From Eledone cirrhosa (taxonomy: Eukaryota), in assembly GCA_964016885.1 (NCBI GenBank), contig OZ024742.1:184016001-184080000 (forward strand): a stretch of 64,000 nucleotides of DNA. The letters run 5' to 3'. This document shows, in pieces, positions 44,423-57,170 of the stretch (position 1 is the stretch's first letter; each line of letters begins with the position of its first letter). Position numbers and translations under genes: made by a program. The notes beneath the pieces are model-generated. The model was given only the letters and a program-made list of their open reading frames with translations. It was not told where the DNA came from and ran no database searches.

Positions 44423-44815
44423 AAATGTGTTGAATAAGTAAAATTAGATTTCAAATAATGTCAAGTAGAATATTCATACATATTAAAGTGTATTGAATAA
44501 GAAAAGTAAGAAATATTGTATTCTGAAAGAAATATGCCTGAATGATTAACTGCTTCATATTAACATCCATGAGCACACCCACCATCCGTGTGTGTGTGTG
44601 TATGTGTGTGTGTCTGTGCGTGTGTGTGTGTACGTGTGTGTGTACGTGTGTGTCTATGTATGTGTGTGTGTGTGTGTGTGTGTGTATGATATCAAAGTTA
44701 ATATCAAAGTTTTTCATTCAGGCGTATTTCATTAAAAATACTTCTTTCTATTTTACAAAATTTAATATGTATAACACACACATACACACACACACATATA
44801 TATATATATACATAA

Positions 44816-44866
<51 letters not shown>

Positions 44867-44961
44867 CACACAGATATATATATATATATATACACACACA
44901 CATATATATACATACACACATATATATATATTCATACACACACACATATATATATATACAT

Positions 44962-45070
<109 letters not shown>

Positions 45071-45575
45071 AAAGAGAGAAAGGGAAATGTCGACATGACA
45101 TTGACGCAGTAATGGTTCGGTACACAATTTAATATTTTGAATCCCAATAGATATTATACACACACACACACACACACACACACATTTATATATATATATA
45201 TACACACACGCATATATATATATGATCGGTTATGGCTATCAAATGACATCAGCTTAAGTCCTGCATATAAAAAAAATATATATAGTGTATATACATATAT
45301 ACATGTATATATATTATTATACTTGGGGAGGGTCATATTGTTGTAATAATATTAGAACACACTCACTGTTTGGTTGGTTTTCGCTTCTGTATCTTTTATA
45401 TCTCTATAGTTAATTGATTTGGCAATCAATGTTTATCATTGATTGACGAACGGCTAAAAATACATATATATATATATATAATCTATCAAAGTTCTTTTGT
45501 TGCACATCTGCAACATCATCAGTGGTACTATTATGTTCCCTCCTATTGTATTGTAATGTCTACGCCATTTTTATT

Positions 45576-45629
<54 letters not shown>

Positions 45630-45630
<1 letters not shown>

Positions 45631-47680
45631 TATTTCCCTTAAGTCAGTATTGTTTGTTTGGGTATGGTTGTTGTTGTTATTCAATTCATTTTTTCTGTTT
45701 AACTTTGGTCTTCTTAGCTCCATCTCAGTTGCTGCTCTGATTTGCCTACCTGTTGGGTCATTTCTATGTTTAGATATTATTTTAATTTCTATGTTGTCTA
45801 TATTACCATCATGTCTTTGTCTGGCGTATTCGTATAGTACTGAACTGGTTTTTTTTTTTGTGTTTTTAGTTCCCCCCAGTGTTGGTCTATTCTTTCTCCT
45901 ATGTTTCAAGCTGTCTCTATGTATGTCGTTGTCATGTTTCTGCATGTACCCTCTGTACATCTTATGCTATAGACTACATTTCTTGTTTTACAGTTTATCT
46001 GGGGATTCACTTTACATATAACACATTTCTTATTTGTACAGTGGGTTTTCTTAAAGGGCTGTTTTGCTGATCAGGGATTTTATGGTACTTCCTGGCTTTT
46101 CTACCACTTTAATCTTTAAATGGGTCTTTCTTAGGGCCTTTCTACATTGGTTATCTAATTTCCCTCCAGGGGTAGCATCCACGAACATAGCGCTCTGGTA
46201 TCTCTGGTTGTCGTACAATAAGGTGGCTTTCCCTATCTAATGTTTACTCCTATCTAAGCTATTCCATAATTTGTTCCTGTATAATGGGCACATTTCTTTC
46301 AAGTCCAGTTCTATGAGGGTCTTATACTTCTCCCTGGCTCCTTTGTATACTCTGATTCTGTCTCTTTGGTTGTAACCAGAGAACTGCATGCGGTTGATGA
46401 AGTTTTGGATGTGTCTTTCCATTTCAGTTGGGTCGCACATGCGGGACACATTCTTCATCACTCGTATCAAGTCTGCGATCAGAATATTAAATTTAGCACT
46501 ATTGGACATTGCTGAGTTTTTGAGTATCAGGTATTTGGATGCCATGGGTTTGAGTGGAGAATTGGGGCCCTCTCGTCTATAGTGTTAATCCAGAGTTTCG
46601 TGTCTAATACTGGTAGTCTATTGTTAGGGTGTTTGGAAGGGTAGTAAACAGTTACAGTTATACTCTGGTGTGTGGAGTTAGCTATCTGCTGGATGCTCTC
46701 CATTGTGCTATTTTCTAAATCGTGTTTATTAGTACTCTCTTGTGGGGGTGTTCTTATTACTATATTAATATCGTCTACGTAACGAGAGTACATGAGGAAG
46801 ACTATGGAAGACTTCGAGGAGTTCTCTGAGTCTCCTCTCCCACCATACCATAAATAAATTGGCAACATCACCAGCTATGCTAACGCCAATGGCTGCTCCC
46901 TCATTCTGAGTGTAGATCTTTTCGTTAAATTTAAACATATGGCCCTTTAGGGTAGTTTTAATACTAGCCCTGTTGCATGTGCGACCATTTTTCTCACCTG
47001 ATCATTGTTTTGGGGTGTCCATTCCATCTTACCATGGGAGTCTTTTTAGCCATTGAGGTGTGTGTGTGGGGGGGGGGGGCTACCTCTTATGGGTCTACTG
47101 TAGGAGGCCCAGTTCATCTGTGTCGACATCGCAGAACTCCACCTCACTCTCAATGATTATTTCCACACATTTTTCCACAACAAAATCAATGTTAATGGAT
47201 GGGTACAGTGATACCACATCCATACTTCTTATTATGCAGTTAGTTAAGTTTTTGTTTTGTTGCATTCATTGATTCTGCTGAGGAGGTCCTCTGTACTGTC
47301 ACATATATCTGGGGACATCTTAATTATGGGGCGTATAATCATCGAGTGGAAGTAGGAGATCCTGTAGTTGCTAGCAATATTGGCTCCGCATACAGGTCTT
47401 GTTGGTGGTCCTGTCGTTGGGTCGTTGGTTGTCTTATGGTCTTTGCGGAGCCCATACAAGGGTGGTATGTCATTGTTAAACGCTTGGAAGTTGTTGGCTC
47501 TGTGTCTACCTGGCTTTAGGATGTCGGTCCACATCATCATGTGAGCGTTGAGGATCTTCTCCCTCTCCTCGTGTTTGTTGTGTTGTTTCGCTCGTGGTGA
47601 TGATTTGGAGTTGCATAGCCTTGATATAGTTCAGCATGCTGTCTATTGACATCCTACCAGATTTATCTGTGGGTAGACAC
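45630..47680 (-). pseudogene. Penelope-like RT plus C-terminal GIY-YIG endonuclease, decayed
   Basis: In order on the minus strand: PTDKSG, PPLYGLRKDHK..RPV, SMDVVSLYPSI, GAAIGVSIAGDVANLF, YVDDI, thumb region (SGY), Cys-rich linker, NVVYSIRC..YI, LNRKNE. Multiple frameshifts. Confidence 0.85.
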
Positions 47681-47742
47681 ACAATCGGTACAGTATATGA
47701 AAGGAATATATTAGGTTAACGCTTGAAATAGCAAGAATAGGG

Positions 47743-47778
47743 TCTTAACGTTTCGGACGCTAGTCCTTCATCGGAAGA
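47743..47778 (-). ncRNA. Minimal hammerhead (CCGAUGA variant) in a pLTR-like segment directly upstream of the PLE RT
   Basis: TCTT-CCGATGA-A-GGAC-TAGC-GTCC-GAAAC-GTT/AAGA. Confidence 0.6.
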
Positions 47779-48057
47779 AAGAATGAGAAATAAGATAGAT
47801 TGAAGAGACGGGCAGGTTGGAATTAGAAAACATGTCTTTAGATAAAAATAACAGGTCCATTCATGTTGACATTTCTCATATATATATATATATATAATGA
47901 GTTGACGGACCCAGCATATTTATCAATGCCAGGACTGGTTGTATCTCAGTGTACTCAATAGGCAATGTAGGATATATTCCCAGAGTATACATAGTTATTC
48001 GCTTCAATACAACACACGTAAAACGGGTGCCTATATATATATATATATATACATAGA

Positions 48058-49350
48058 TAACTTTCTTTTTATTTGCCACCAGGGCGTCAAAGAGTGGGAC
48101 AAGTACAATGGGGGGGGGGGGGAGTTTACATAAAAAGGCGTCCTCAATAGGGAGAAGGCAATAACAAAATATAAAAATATAAGATATAAAATATAACAAA
48201 AATAAATTGAATAACAAAATCCTCAATAGGGAGGAGGCGCCTTGGGGGGGGTCGCACACACCCCCGAAAAAGTGTGCAACCCTTCTCCTCAGGAGCACAG
48301 AGAGAGGGTGCTCCCTTGATCTTTCATCTTTCTCACCTACAGTCTGATGTAGAGTGAAGGCCCATTCACACGGGCCATTCTCGCCACTTTCACCCACCTT
48401 TCATAAAAACGGCTGGGGTGCAGCACCTCTCTCTCCATCCTGATCCTTCTTCCGAAATGATATCGGAAGAAACGGACCAGTTGTTGGCCATAGAGAAAGG
48501 TGTCTGACCTCAGTCCTTTCAGACGCGTTCACCATAAATCTCTTTCGCCATGGCTATTACGCACAGAAACACCGCCTCTCCTTCGTTTTTGAAGAGGGGA
48601 GGCGGCTTGATCGTTACAATAGACTCGGTGGTCAACCGGATCGGTCCCACCCGTGACAGCAGTCGTTCGACATAGCCCCAGAGATCGGCAATGCCCGAGC
48701 AGTGTACCAATGCGTGTGCAACGGTTTCCTCGTCGCACCCGCATCTGGGACAGATCTTTTTCGAGGGGTCCCTACCCGGGCGCCGGTGTCTGTAGAGCCT
48801 TTCTCGAACGGGCAGAGCCCCTCGGTAGCACTGCCAGGCCAGGGACCTCTGGAAGTTATCCATAGGTCCCGGGCTGAATGTCCTACCGAACAGGTTAGCC
48901 AGTTCGTTTCCTCCATGCCTAGGGCTTCTCCGAGGGCGTCGTCGCACCTGCTAACCACCAGCCCTCTATAGAATGACGAGGTGGATTCTCCACTGACAGC
49001 CGGATCCGCCTGCCAGAGAGCCGTGAGCGCCTGGGCACACTCGGTGTGCCAGGCGCCCAGTTTTCTCGGTCTTTGCTTGACCGAGGATTGCAACTCGGTG
49101 AGCGAGACGAGTCTGGGAAAGGCTCGCCTCACACCGGTTGACCGGTGAGGAATACCTGGAGGTGCCGTAGCCTTAATGCGTGTTTACGCATCATCAGCCA
49201 CGGCATCCCCAGCCCTCCTTTCGAAGGGTGTTGACAGCAGATGGATCTCCTCACCATAGGAGCCCGCTTCTTCCAAAGGAATTGGAAGATTGCGCGATCC
49301 ATTTTGGCGAGCGTTTCCCTTGGGCAAGGCACGACGGTCAGGCGGTAGTA
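48058..49350 (-). mobile_element. 5'-truncated L1/Tx1-clade LINE (ORF2 C-terminus and 3' UTR)
   Basis: IFQFLWK..GGLGMP, WQCYRGALP and CCHC zinc knuckle CPRCG..ETVAHALVHC. Frameshifted, GC-rich, with AATAAA at the 3' end. Confidence 0.9.
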
Positions 49351-49715
49351 GATGGTGATAGACTGATAGATAGATAGATTACACTATACCTTGTCATGTT
49401 TCCAGTCGTAAGAACTTTTATTCATATTTGTTTAACTACTCGTTTCTACTTTGTGGTGTCGTCTCATATGAATACTTCTAAGTTGTAGGGTAACCTGTGT
49501 TCAATATATTATGCAACACCATCTTTATGCACGAAATTGCATTGCTCTTGATGTACCTTATGAGGAACGTTTTGTTCATTCGTCCCATGTTTTTTTGTTC
49601 TCATGTTCAATTTTACTGTTTATATATATATATGTGTGTGTGTGTGTAAATGTGCATACACACACATACACACACATATACATATATATATGTACACACA
49701 CACACACACACATAT

Positions 49716-49809
<94 letters not shown>

Positions 49810-49969
49810 CAATGTGTAATCGTAGAGGTAAATATACTATATTCTATAAAATATCCAAACGGATGTATACCTTCCTAGGTCCTCAGAGTTTCGCCGAAGC
49901 TGATGAACGAGGCGAAATGAATTCGCTTCGCAACCTGTTCTCAAGCTATGTATGTGTGTGTGTGTGTGT

Positions 49970-50011
<42 letters not shown>

Positions 50012-50188
50012 CTTAAGAACTATTAAACAACGAAAACAAAAAACACGCTAGCGTGAACAACATATGAGTGTGAGGTTGTTTTGACCTTACTGTGAGGACG
50101 GTGTGAGATTGTTGTGAGGTTGATGTTTGGAAGAGAATGACGCTGCCCAGATATATTATATCAGCAGCATTCCACTTTTTACAATAAT

Positions 50189-50260
<72 letters not shown>

Positions 50261-50420
50261 ATACTTTGGGAGGGTCATGTTGCCAATAAGAAACACACGC
50301 ACCAGTTGCTTTCACTTCAATTTATTATATATTTATAAATTTATAAATTTACAAATCTACAAACTTATAAATTTCTGGTTGGTTGGTTGGTTCCACAACC
50401 AGATAGTTGTTTATATATAT

Positions 50421-50465
50421 AGTCATAGTCCTTTCGTCACACACTCTGTGACCTCTTCAGTGACT
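50421..50465 (-). ncRNA. Minimal type I hammerhead in element ~50255-50730
   Basis: AGTCA-CTGAAGA-G-GTCACA-GAGTG-TGTGAC-GAAAG-GA-CTA/TGACT. The element has a 33-bp inverted repeat (~50253-50285 / 50640-50672) plus a tail. Family also seen at ~30961-31030 and 45312-45345. Confidence 0.8.
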
Positions 50466-50726
50466 GGGGATTCCTTTCTTCGTTTCTGTGCCTTTCCTTT
50501 CTTCTATCCTACGCCATTTTGTTTCTGTGTGTGTGTTGTGTGCTCAGTTTGCGCATGCGCCACATCCGGGTGTCTGTGTGTGTTTGTGTTCATTTTTCTA
50601 TTTTTCTATTTCTATTTTTTTTTTATTTGTTTATTTATTTGGCAACATGACCCTCCCAAAGTATAACAATATCGGTTTCAACACACGATTTCAGATAAAG
50701 AATCTTGCTAAACAAATTCAGAAACG

Positions 50727-50780
<54 letters not shown>

Positions 50781-50991
50781 TGTTATACACACTCCCACAC
50801 AAATATTACCTCGTATTCCTATACTGCGATATATATATCTCGCTAACAATTTATATTATAAACACTTCAATTTTCAGATGTATATAACATCACGGTTTTT
50901 TTTAACTTAAGAAACAAATACTGTAAAATAATGGAAAAAAAAAACACAAATGGAAACAAATATATATATACATATATATACAAATATATAT

Positions 50992-51045
<54 letters not shown>

Positions 51046-51089
51046 TAAGGGCGAAAGCAGCGATTCTTTGCTTAAACTTTAATCTGTTA

Positions 51090-51130
<41 letters not shown>

Positions 51131-51160
51131 AACAGAAATAACAACACAATCGGAAGAGGG

Positions 51161-51196
51161 TCTTAACATTTCGGACGCTGGTCTTTCATCAGAAGA
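51161..51196 (-). ncRNA. Minimal hammerhead with intact CUGAUGA core
   Basis: TCTT-CTGATGA-A-AGAC-CAGC-GTCC-GAAAT-GTT/AAGA. Confidence 0.6.
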
Positions 51197-51426
51197 AAGA
51201 ATGAGAAATGAGATAGATTGAGGGGACGGGCTGGTTGGAATAGGAAAAAATGTCTTGAGATAAAAAATAAGTACATATATATATATATAAGCAGACACAC
51301 ACACTGATATCCACTTGTTTGTGGTAAGACCGAGAACGATATTAGAACTCAATGTAGCCTTGAAGAGATGGTTTCAACGAAATTAGGCGACAAGTTTCCC
51401 CCAAAGATTCTACCCAAGCTACAGAG

Positions 51427-51518
<92 letters not shown>

Positions 51519-51959
51519 ATAAACGTGCTGCGTGGTTGCAAATGGGTTACATATGAATACAGTGGTCCTTCATCAGTGATCTTCCAACCATCATCGGTAT
51601 TTCTTCGCTTTAAAGACCATATACCTCCGGTGGGTGCGAGCAACGGCTAAAGAAAGTCGTTGGGACACGTAAATAAAGGGAACAGCGAGAGTGTAAACAA
51701 ACAAAGATGGTGAAGCAACGAAAAGTGAGGAAGAACGAGTCAAGTCCCAAATTTCCATGAATATAAGTTCGGTGAAATCGTGAACGAGAGAGAATAAAGA
51801 CCATCAGAATTATTTTTGAAAAGCATTAGAAATGCGCAACCGGTAAAAACTTAGAAACCAAAACTGAATACTAACCAATACTTATTACTAATTTTTACTT
51901 ATTCCTAATTAAACTATTTTTCACTGGGAACAATTTGTCAGCATTTTCTTTTCCTTTTA

Positions 51960-52052
<93 letters not shown>

Positions 52053-52481
52053 ATATATAGCATTAAACATAATATGGATGTAGATGAGAGCATATACTAT
52101 ATGTTTATATACAATATACACATGACAAGCTCGCAAACAAAGAAAAAATACACCACATAGCAAATAGAAAACAACCGCTGGAAATCCTCATTTGCATATT
52201 TAACATGTCCAACAGATGTCCATCACGCTAAACCTATATAGACTAGTCAATTATTTCAAAGTAGGTTGAATGAATGTCACTGATGAGAGATTAACGCATC
52301 TTGAAACAGCTGTCGGTCATTCTTGACTGCCATTGAGTTATGTGACATGTTCACAGAGACAAATAATTTTTTCATACCGAAAAAATATTTTTTCTTTGAT
52401 AGTGAATTTCTCATGTTTATTGTATATAAACTAAGACTGTATGCTTTCATATACACCCCTACTACTACTACTACTACTACT

Positions 52482-52547
<66 letters not shown>

Positions 52548-52574
52548 TATATATATATATATACCAATCCCTTC

Positions 52575-53317
52575 AGATTTTAACTTCATTATCTCCAATA
52601 ATACACGACTGGAATATGTACATCAGTTCCCATATCTCAGAAGCCTCTTCTCCAGAGAATTTGTTTGAGGCAGGGTCCGAACTGCCCATCACACTCGAAA
52701 AACTGTTCCATCGTGTCTTAGGAAATAAGTACATGAAATTTCAAGTGCATTGCGTGATGGTATTTACGTGGTCTTTGTACTGCCGGGTTATTCGAAAGCT
52801 GAACGATTTCATCAACAAAAAACTTTGATCAATTATAGACTGTCAGGAATTTTTGCAGTCTTTGAACGTTCCAAAGTCACCAGCATTGAGTCCTTCATCA
52901 TCAAACATCAACTTAGATGGACAGGTCACGTCCACTGCATGAATAACACAAGACTTCCCCGTCAAATCCTCTACAGTGAACTCAGTACTGACAAGAGATC
53001 ATGCAACCGCCCTATGCAACGCTACAAAGATTAATTGGCACAAAAATAAAGGTCACCAACATCGACCCAAAGTCCTAGGGATAACACGTGAAAAACAGCA
53101 CAGTGTGACGTCATCTTGTCAAAATCAGAATTGAAGAGGGTAAAAAGCTGCGACAAAAGATTCGCTAACTCCAACCAAGGCCTCCATCGACCATGAGATG
53201 TGATCTGTGTAGACAATTTTTCTTTGCAAAAATCGATCTTGCCATCAACTGGAGGCACCGTCATAAATGAGCAAATTTGAAAGAAGGAATAATATACTCA
53301 GAAAGGAGGAAGAGCTG

Positions 53318-53320
<3 letters not shown>
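52575..53320 (+). mobile_element. RTE-clade LINE 3' fragment
   Basis: LEYVHQFPYL, ERFHQ and HQLRWTGHVHCMNNTRLPRQILYSEL..RYKD are RTE ORF2 C-terminal motifs. Decayed. Confidence 0.85.
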
Positions 53321-53394
<74 letters not shown>

Positions 53395-53826
53395 GATAAA
53401 TCTACCAAGAGTTTACGGTAGTGTCCAATCCGTATGAAGAACTCAATGTAATCCGGATATCATGGAAAGATCATTGATAGTTTGTATAATTTTGTACATA
53501 GATCTGTTGAATATGCATGCCAATTCTAACACATATATATCCTAGAAACGATCGTTAAATAATGAACTTTTTTTGTTTAATATAAGGAACTGTTTCATTG
53601 TTTTATTCATTATTTTTTTTTAATATTTTATATATATATATATATATATATAAAGAATGAATAATAACAGGTAGACATCATAAAAAGGTAATTTATTCCG
53701 TGTGCTTACAAGTGTTTCCACGGTGGTGCTGCAGCCTAGTTATGCTATGTGCAAATTCACAAGTACTTGCAGAACTCAAATATCCAATGCTGTGACCACT
53801 GTTATCCATCTTGGATAATCCTATAC

Positions 53827-53936
<110 letters not shown>

Positions 53937-54006
53937 GTGTGTGATTATATATATATATATATGTGTGTATATAAACGCACACACACATACATATAAAGTG
54001 GGGGAG

Positions 54007-54056
<50 letters not shown>

Positions 54057-54090
54057 ATATACATACATACAAAGGCCTATATATGTGTTT

Positions 54091-54122
<32 letters not shown>

Positions 54123-55241
54123 GCACGCGAGCATTCATGTGTGCGTATGTGTGCTAAAATCGAATAACTGAGCTTAAAGCATGGTGTCAAATTTCTCGGT
54201 TTACCTTGTAGAGTAAAAATTCCTATCCTACGACAAGAACGAAGAGAGGAAGATGGAAGGTAAATCTCAGATCTCGTATCTCTTCATATATCGCTGGGGA
54301 GACTTAAAGATAAAACCGTAATAAAAACAACTGACAGACTGAAGGACTCGCTTCGTGCTCAGAGTAATAAATAGAGGAACTCACATAAACAACAACATAC
54401 ACACTTCTCCCATCCCCCAAATTAGGAGGATGACGCATGCGCAGATTTGTACAACGGTAATATTGTATGTTAAAGGGACAAGAGCAAGGTAGTGATGGTG
54501 TATAAAGGTAGGTGTGTGTGTATGTATATGTGTACGTGTGCGTATCTGTGTATATGTGTACATATGTGTATGTGTGTATATGTGTACGTATGTGTATGTG
54601 TGTATATGTGTACGTGTGTGTGTGTGTGTGCATATGTGTATGTGTGTGTATGTGTACGAGTGTGCATGTGTACGAGTGTGTATGTGTGTATATGTGTATA
54701 TGTGTATGTGTGTGTATATGTGTATATGTATGTGTGTATGTGTACGTGTGTGTATATGTGTGCGCGTGTGCATGTGTACGTGTGTGTATGTCTACGCGTG
54801 TGTATGTGTGTATATGTGTACGTGTGTGTATATGTGTATATGTGTATGTGTTAGTATGCGTGTGGTGGATTTGCGTCGGTTCCGACGATGGATGTCCGAT
54901 TTGTTTGAACAATGAAATAGCCGGCTCGTGAAATTAATGTGAAAGTGGCTGAGCATTCCACAGACACATACATCCTTAACGGAATTCTCAGGGATATTCA
55001 TGGTGATACAGTGTGTGACAAAAGTAACCCTCTGAATTATACAGGGACACATTACACCACAGGCAGGTGAACACACGACTTTATGATAGAGCTGTACATT
55101 CTAACCACAGAGCTACATGTCTTCACAAAGACGCGTACACGACTACAAATAAAGATTATCCAACGGAGTTCTCGGTAAATCCATAAGGCATTCTAGTTTG
55201 TGTATATATATGTATGTATATAGTACGTATGTATATATATA

Positions 55242-55306
<65 letters not shown>

Positions 55307-56689
55307 GTGTGTATGTGTGTGTGCGTGTGTATGTATGTATATACGCATATTGTATGTATATATATATATATATACACGTATACTGTATGTATGTATGTAC
55401 GTTTGTATTGGCGAAGCCAAAACAAAATGTATATACTGCCTCAAGGGCAACACCTAACCTTGGATCTAGATTTGGTAGCGACTTGGTATACTTGGAAACA
55501 ACATTCCAGCATGGCCACAGTCTAATGACTAAAATCAGTAAAAGAGTATAAGACTGTCCAGCAATTGACATTGACAAGAATGTTGCAAATATGTATCACA
55601 AATCAGTGCTAGAAATAGTTGCACAGTCTTCCTCAAATTATACCATATCTCATTTTGTTAGAATAGCATATTGAATAATGTAGTCCTATTTACACTTGTC
55701 AGAATAAAAGACAGGATGGTCACAGCTGGAATGACTTTCATCATAGGTTTTATCAATCAGGAATAACCTGAAGCTAAACAAGCACTATAACAGCAGTAAC
55801 CACAAGAATAACAGCAGCAACCACAGCAGCTACAACCACAGCAGCTACAACCACAGCAGCAGCAACCACACCAAGAACAACAGCAACAACGACCACAGCA
55901 ACAGTTCAAATCCCACCGAGCTTAACTTAACGGTTCATTTTATTTTATTTTATTTATTTATTATTATTTTTTTTTTTTTTTTGTCGATAAAATAAAGTAC
56001 CAGTCGAGTGCGATCTATTGACGGAATTATTAAGGCGATGAATGAGACGCCTTGTAGTATTTGTTCCAGCTCTTTGCATTCTAAGTTCAAATGCCACTGT
56101 GACGTACTTGGGGGGGGGGGGGTAGTAGATTTAATCCGTCATCTGGTTCAACACTACTATCTTCTAGTCTTTGGGTAGATTTAGCAAAGCTCTCTCTGTC
56201 GAAATCATACTGTTCATGTCTTTGATCTGAGGATATCTTCCTCACTGTCTGCAGTCTCGGAAGCCTGAAGAGGGTCATAGGCACAGCCACCCATCCCTAA
56301 GCAAACAATAAAAAAAACAATAAAAAACAACATTGCTGGGTGGGAGAAGTGATGCTTTTTTACGACTTTAAACATGTATGTAATATTGGAAAAAGATGTT
56401 CCAATTCAGTGAAATGACTAAATATGTTTTTTTATTCATAGAAGTAAAACACTCTCATAGACTTTTAATAACTAGAACATAACTACATCTCATGAGAATT
56501 AATACTTAGGTATAATTATAACATAACGAAATTCTACAAACGTACGTAAAGAGAGATACTTTTTTTAATGATTAGAACTAAATTGATAATGTTAATTGCA
56601 GTTAATTAAGTTAACTGGATGAAATATTTATTTAGATATACAGAATAGCACGCATCTATCGTTTCTGACAATACAAGAGCAACAACACT

Positions 56690-57170
56690 GACCCACTGTT
56701 GGTACATGGAGCTACAGTAAACCTGTTGGGGGAGGGGCCACATGTGTGACATTTCAGACAATATAGAAGCAGGAGCTTTAGTTTATCTGTGAGGGCGGGG
56801 GCGGTGAGTGACAGTCAATCTATGGAGTTACAGTTTACCTCTGTGGGGGTGTAAGTGGCACAGTCATGATATGGAGCCAGTTTACCTCTGTGGGGGTGTA
56901 AGTGGCACAGTCAGGATATGGAGCCAGTTTACCCCTGTGGAGGAGCGAGTAGCACAATCAGTGTGTGGGAGAGTGTGTGGTACAGTCAGTTCACGGAGCT
57001 ACAGCTTACCTTTGGGGTGAGGAAGTGAGTGGCACAAACAGTATATGGAGTTACAGTTTACCTCCATGAGGGAGTGGATGGATAGCGGGTAGCACACGTG
57101 TAACATTTCTGACAAAACAACAGCAGCATCACTGACCAACTGTAAGTACAGGGCGTTACAGTTTACTTGT
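56690..57170. repeat. Degenerate ~45-bp minisatellite
   Basis: Recurrent GGAGC/TTACAGTTTACC..GTGGCACAGTCA. Confidence 0.65.

Noticed and set aside
49895-49930. CGAAG-CTGATGA-ACGAGGC-GAAA..CTTCG hammerhead-like string
   Set aside because: Stem II does not pair and the cleavage-site register is off by one; at best a decayed motif.
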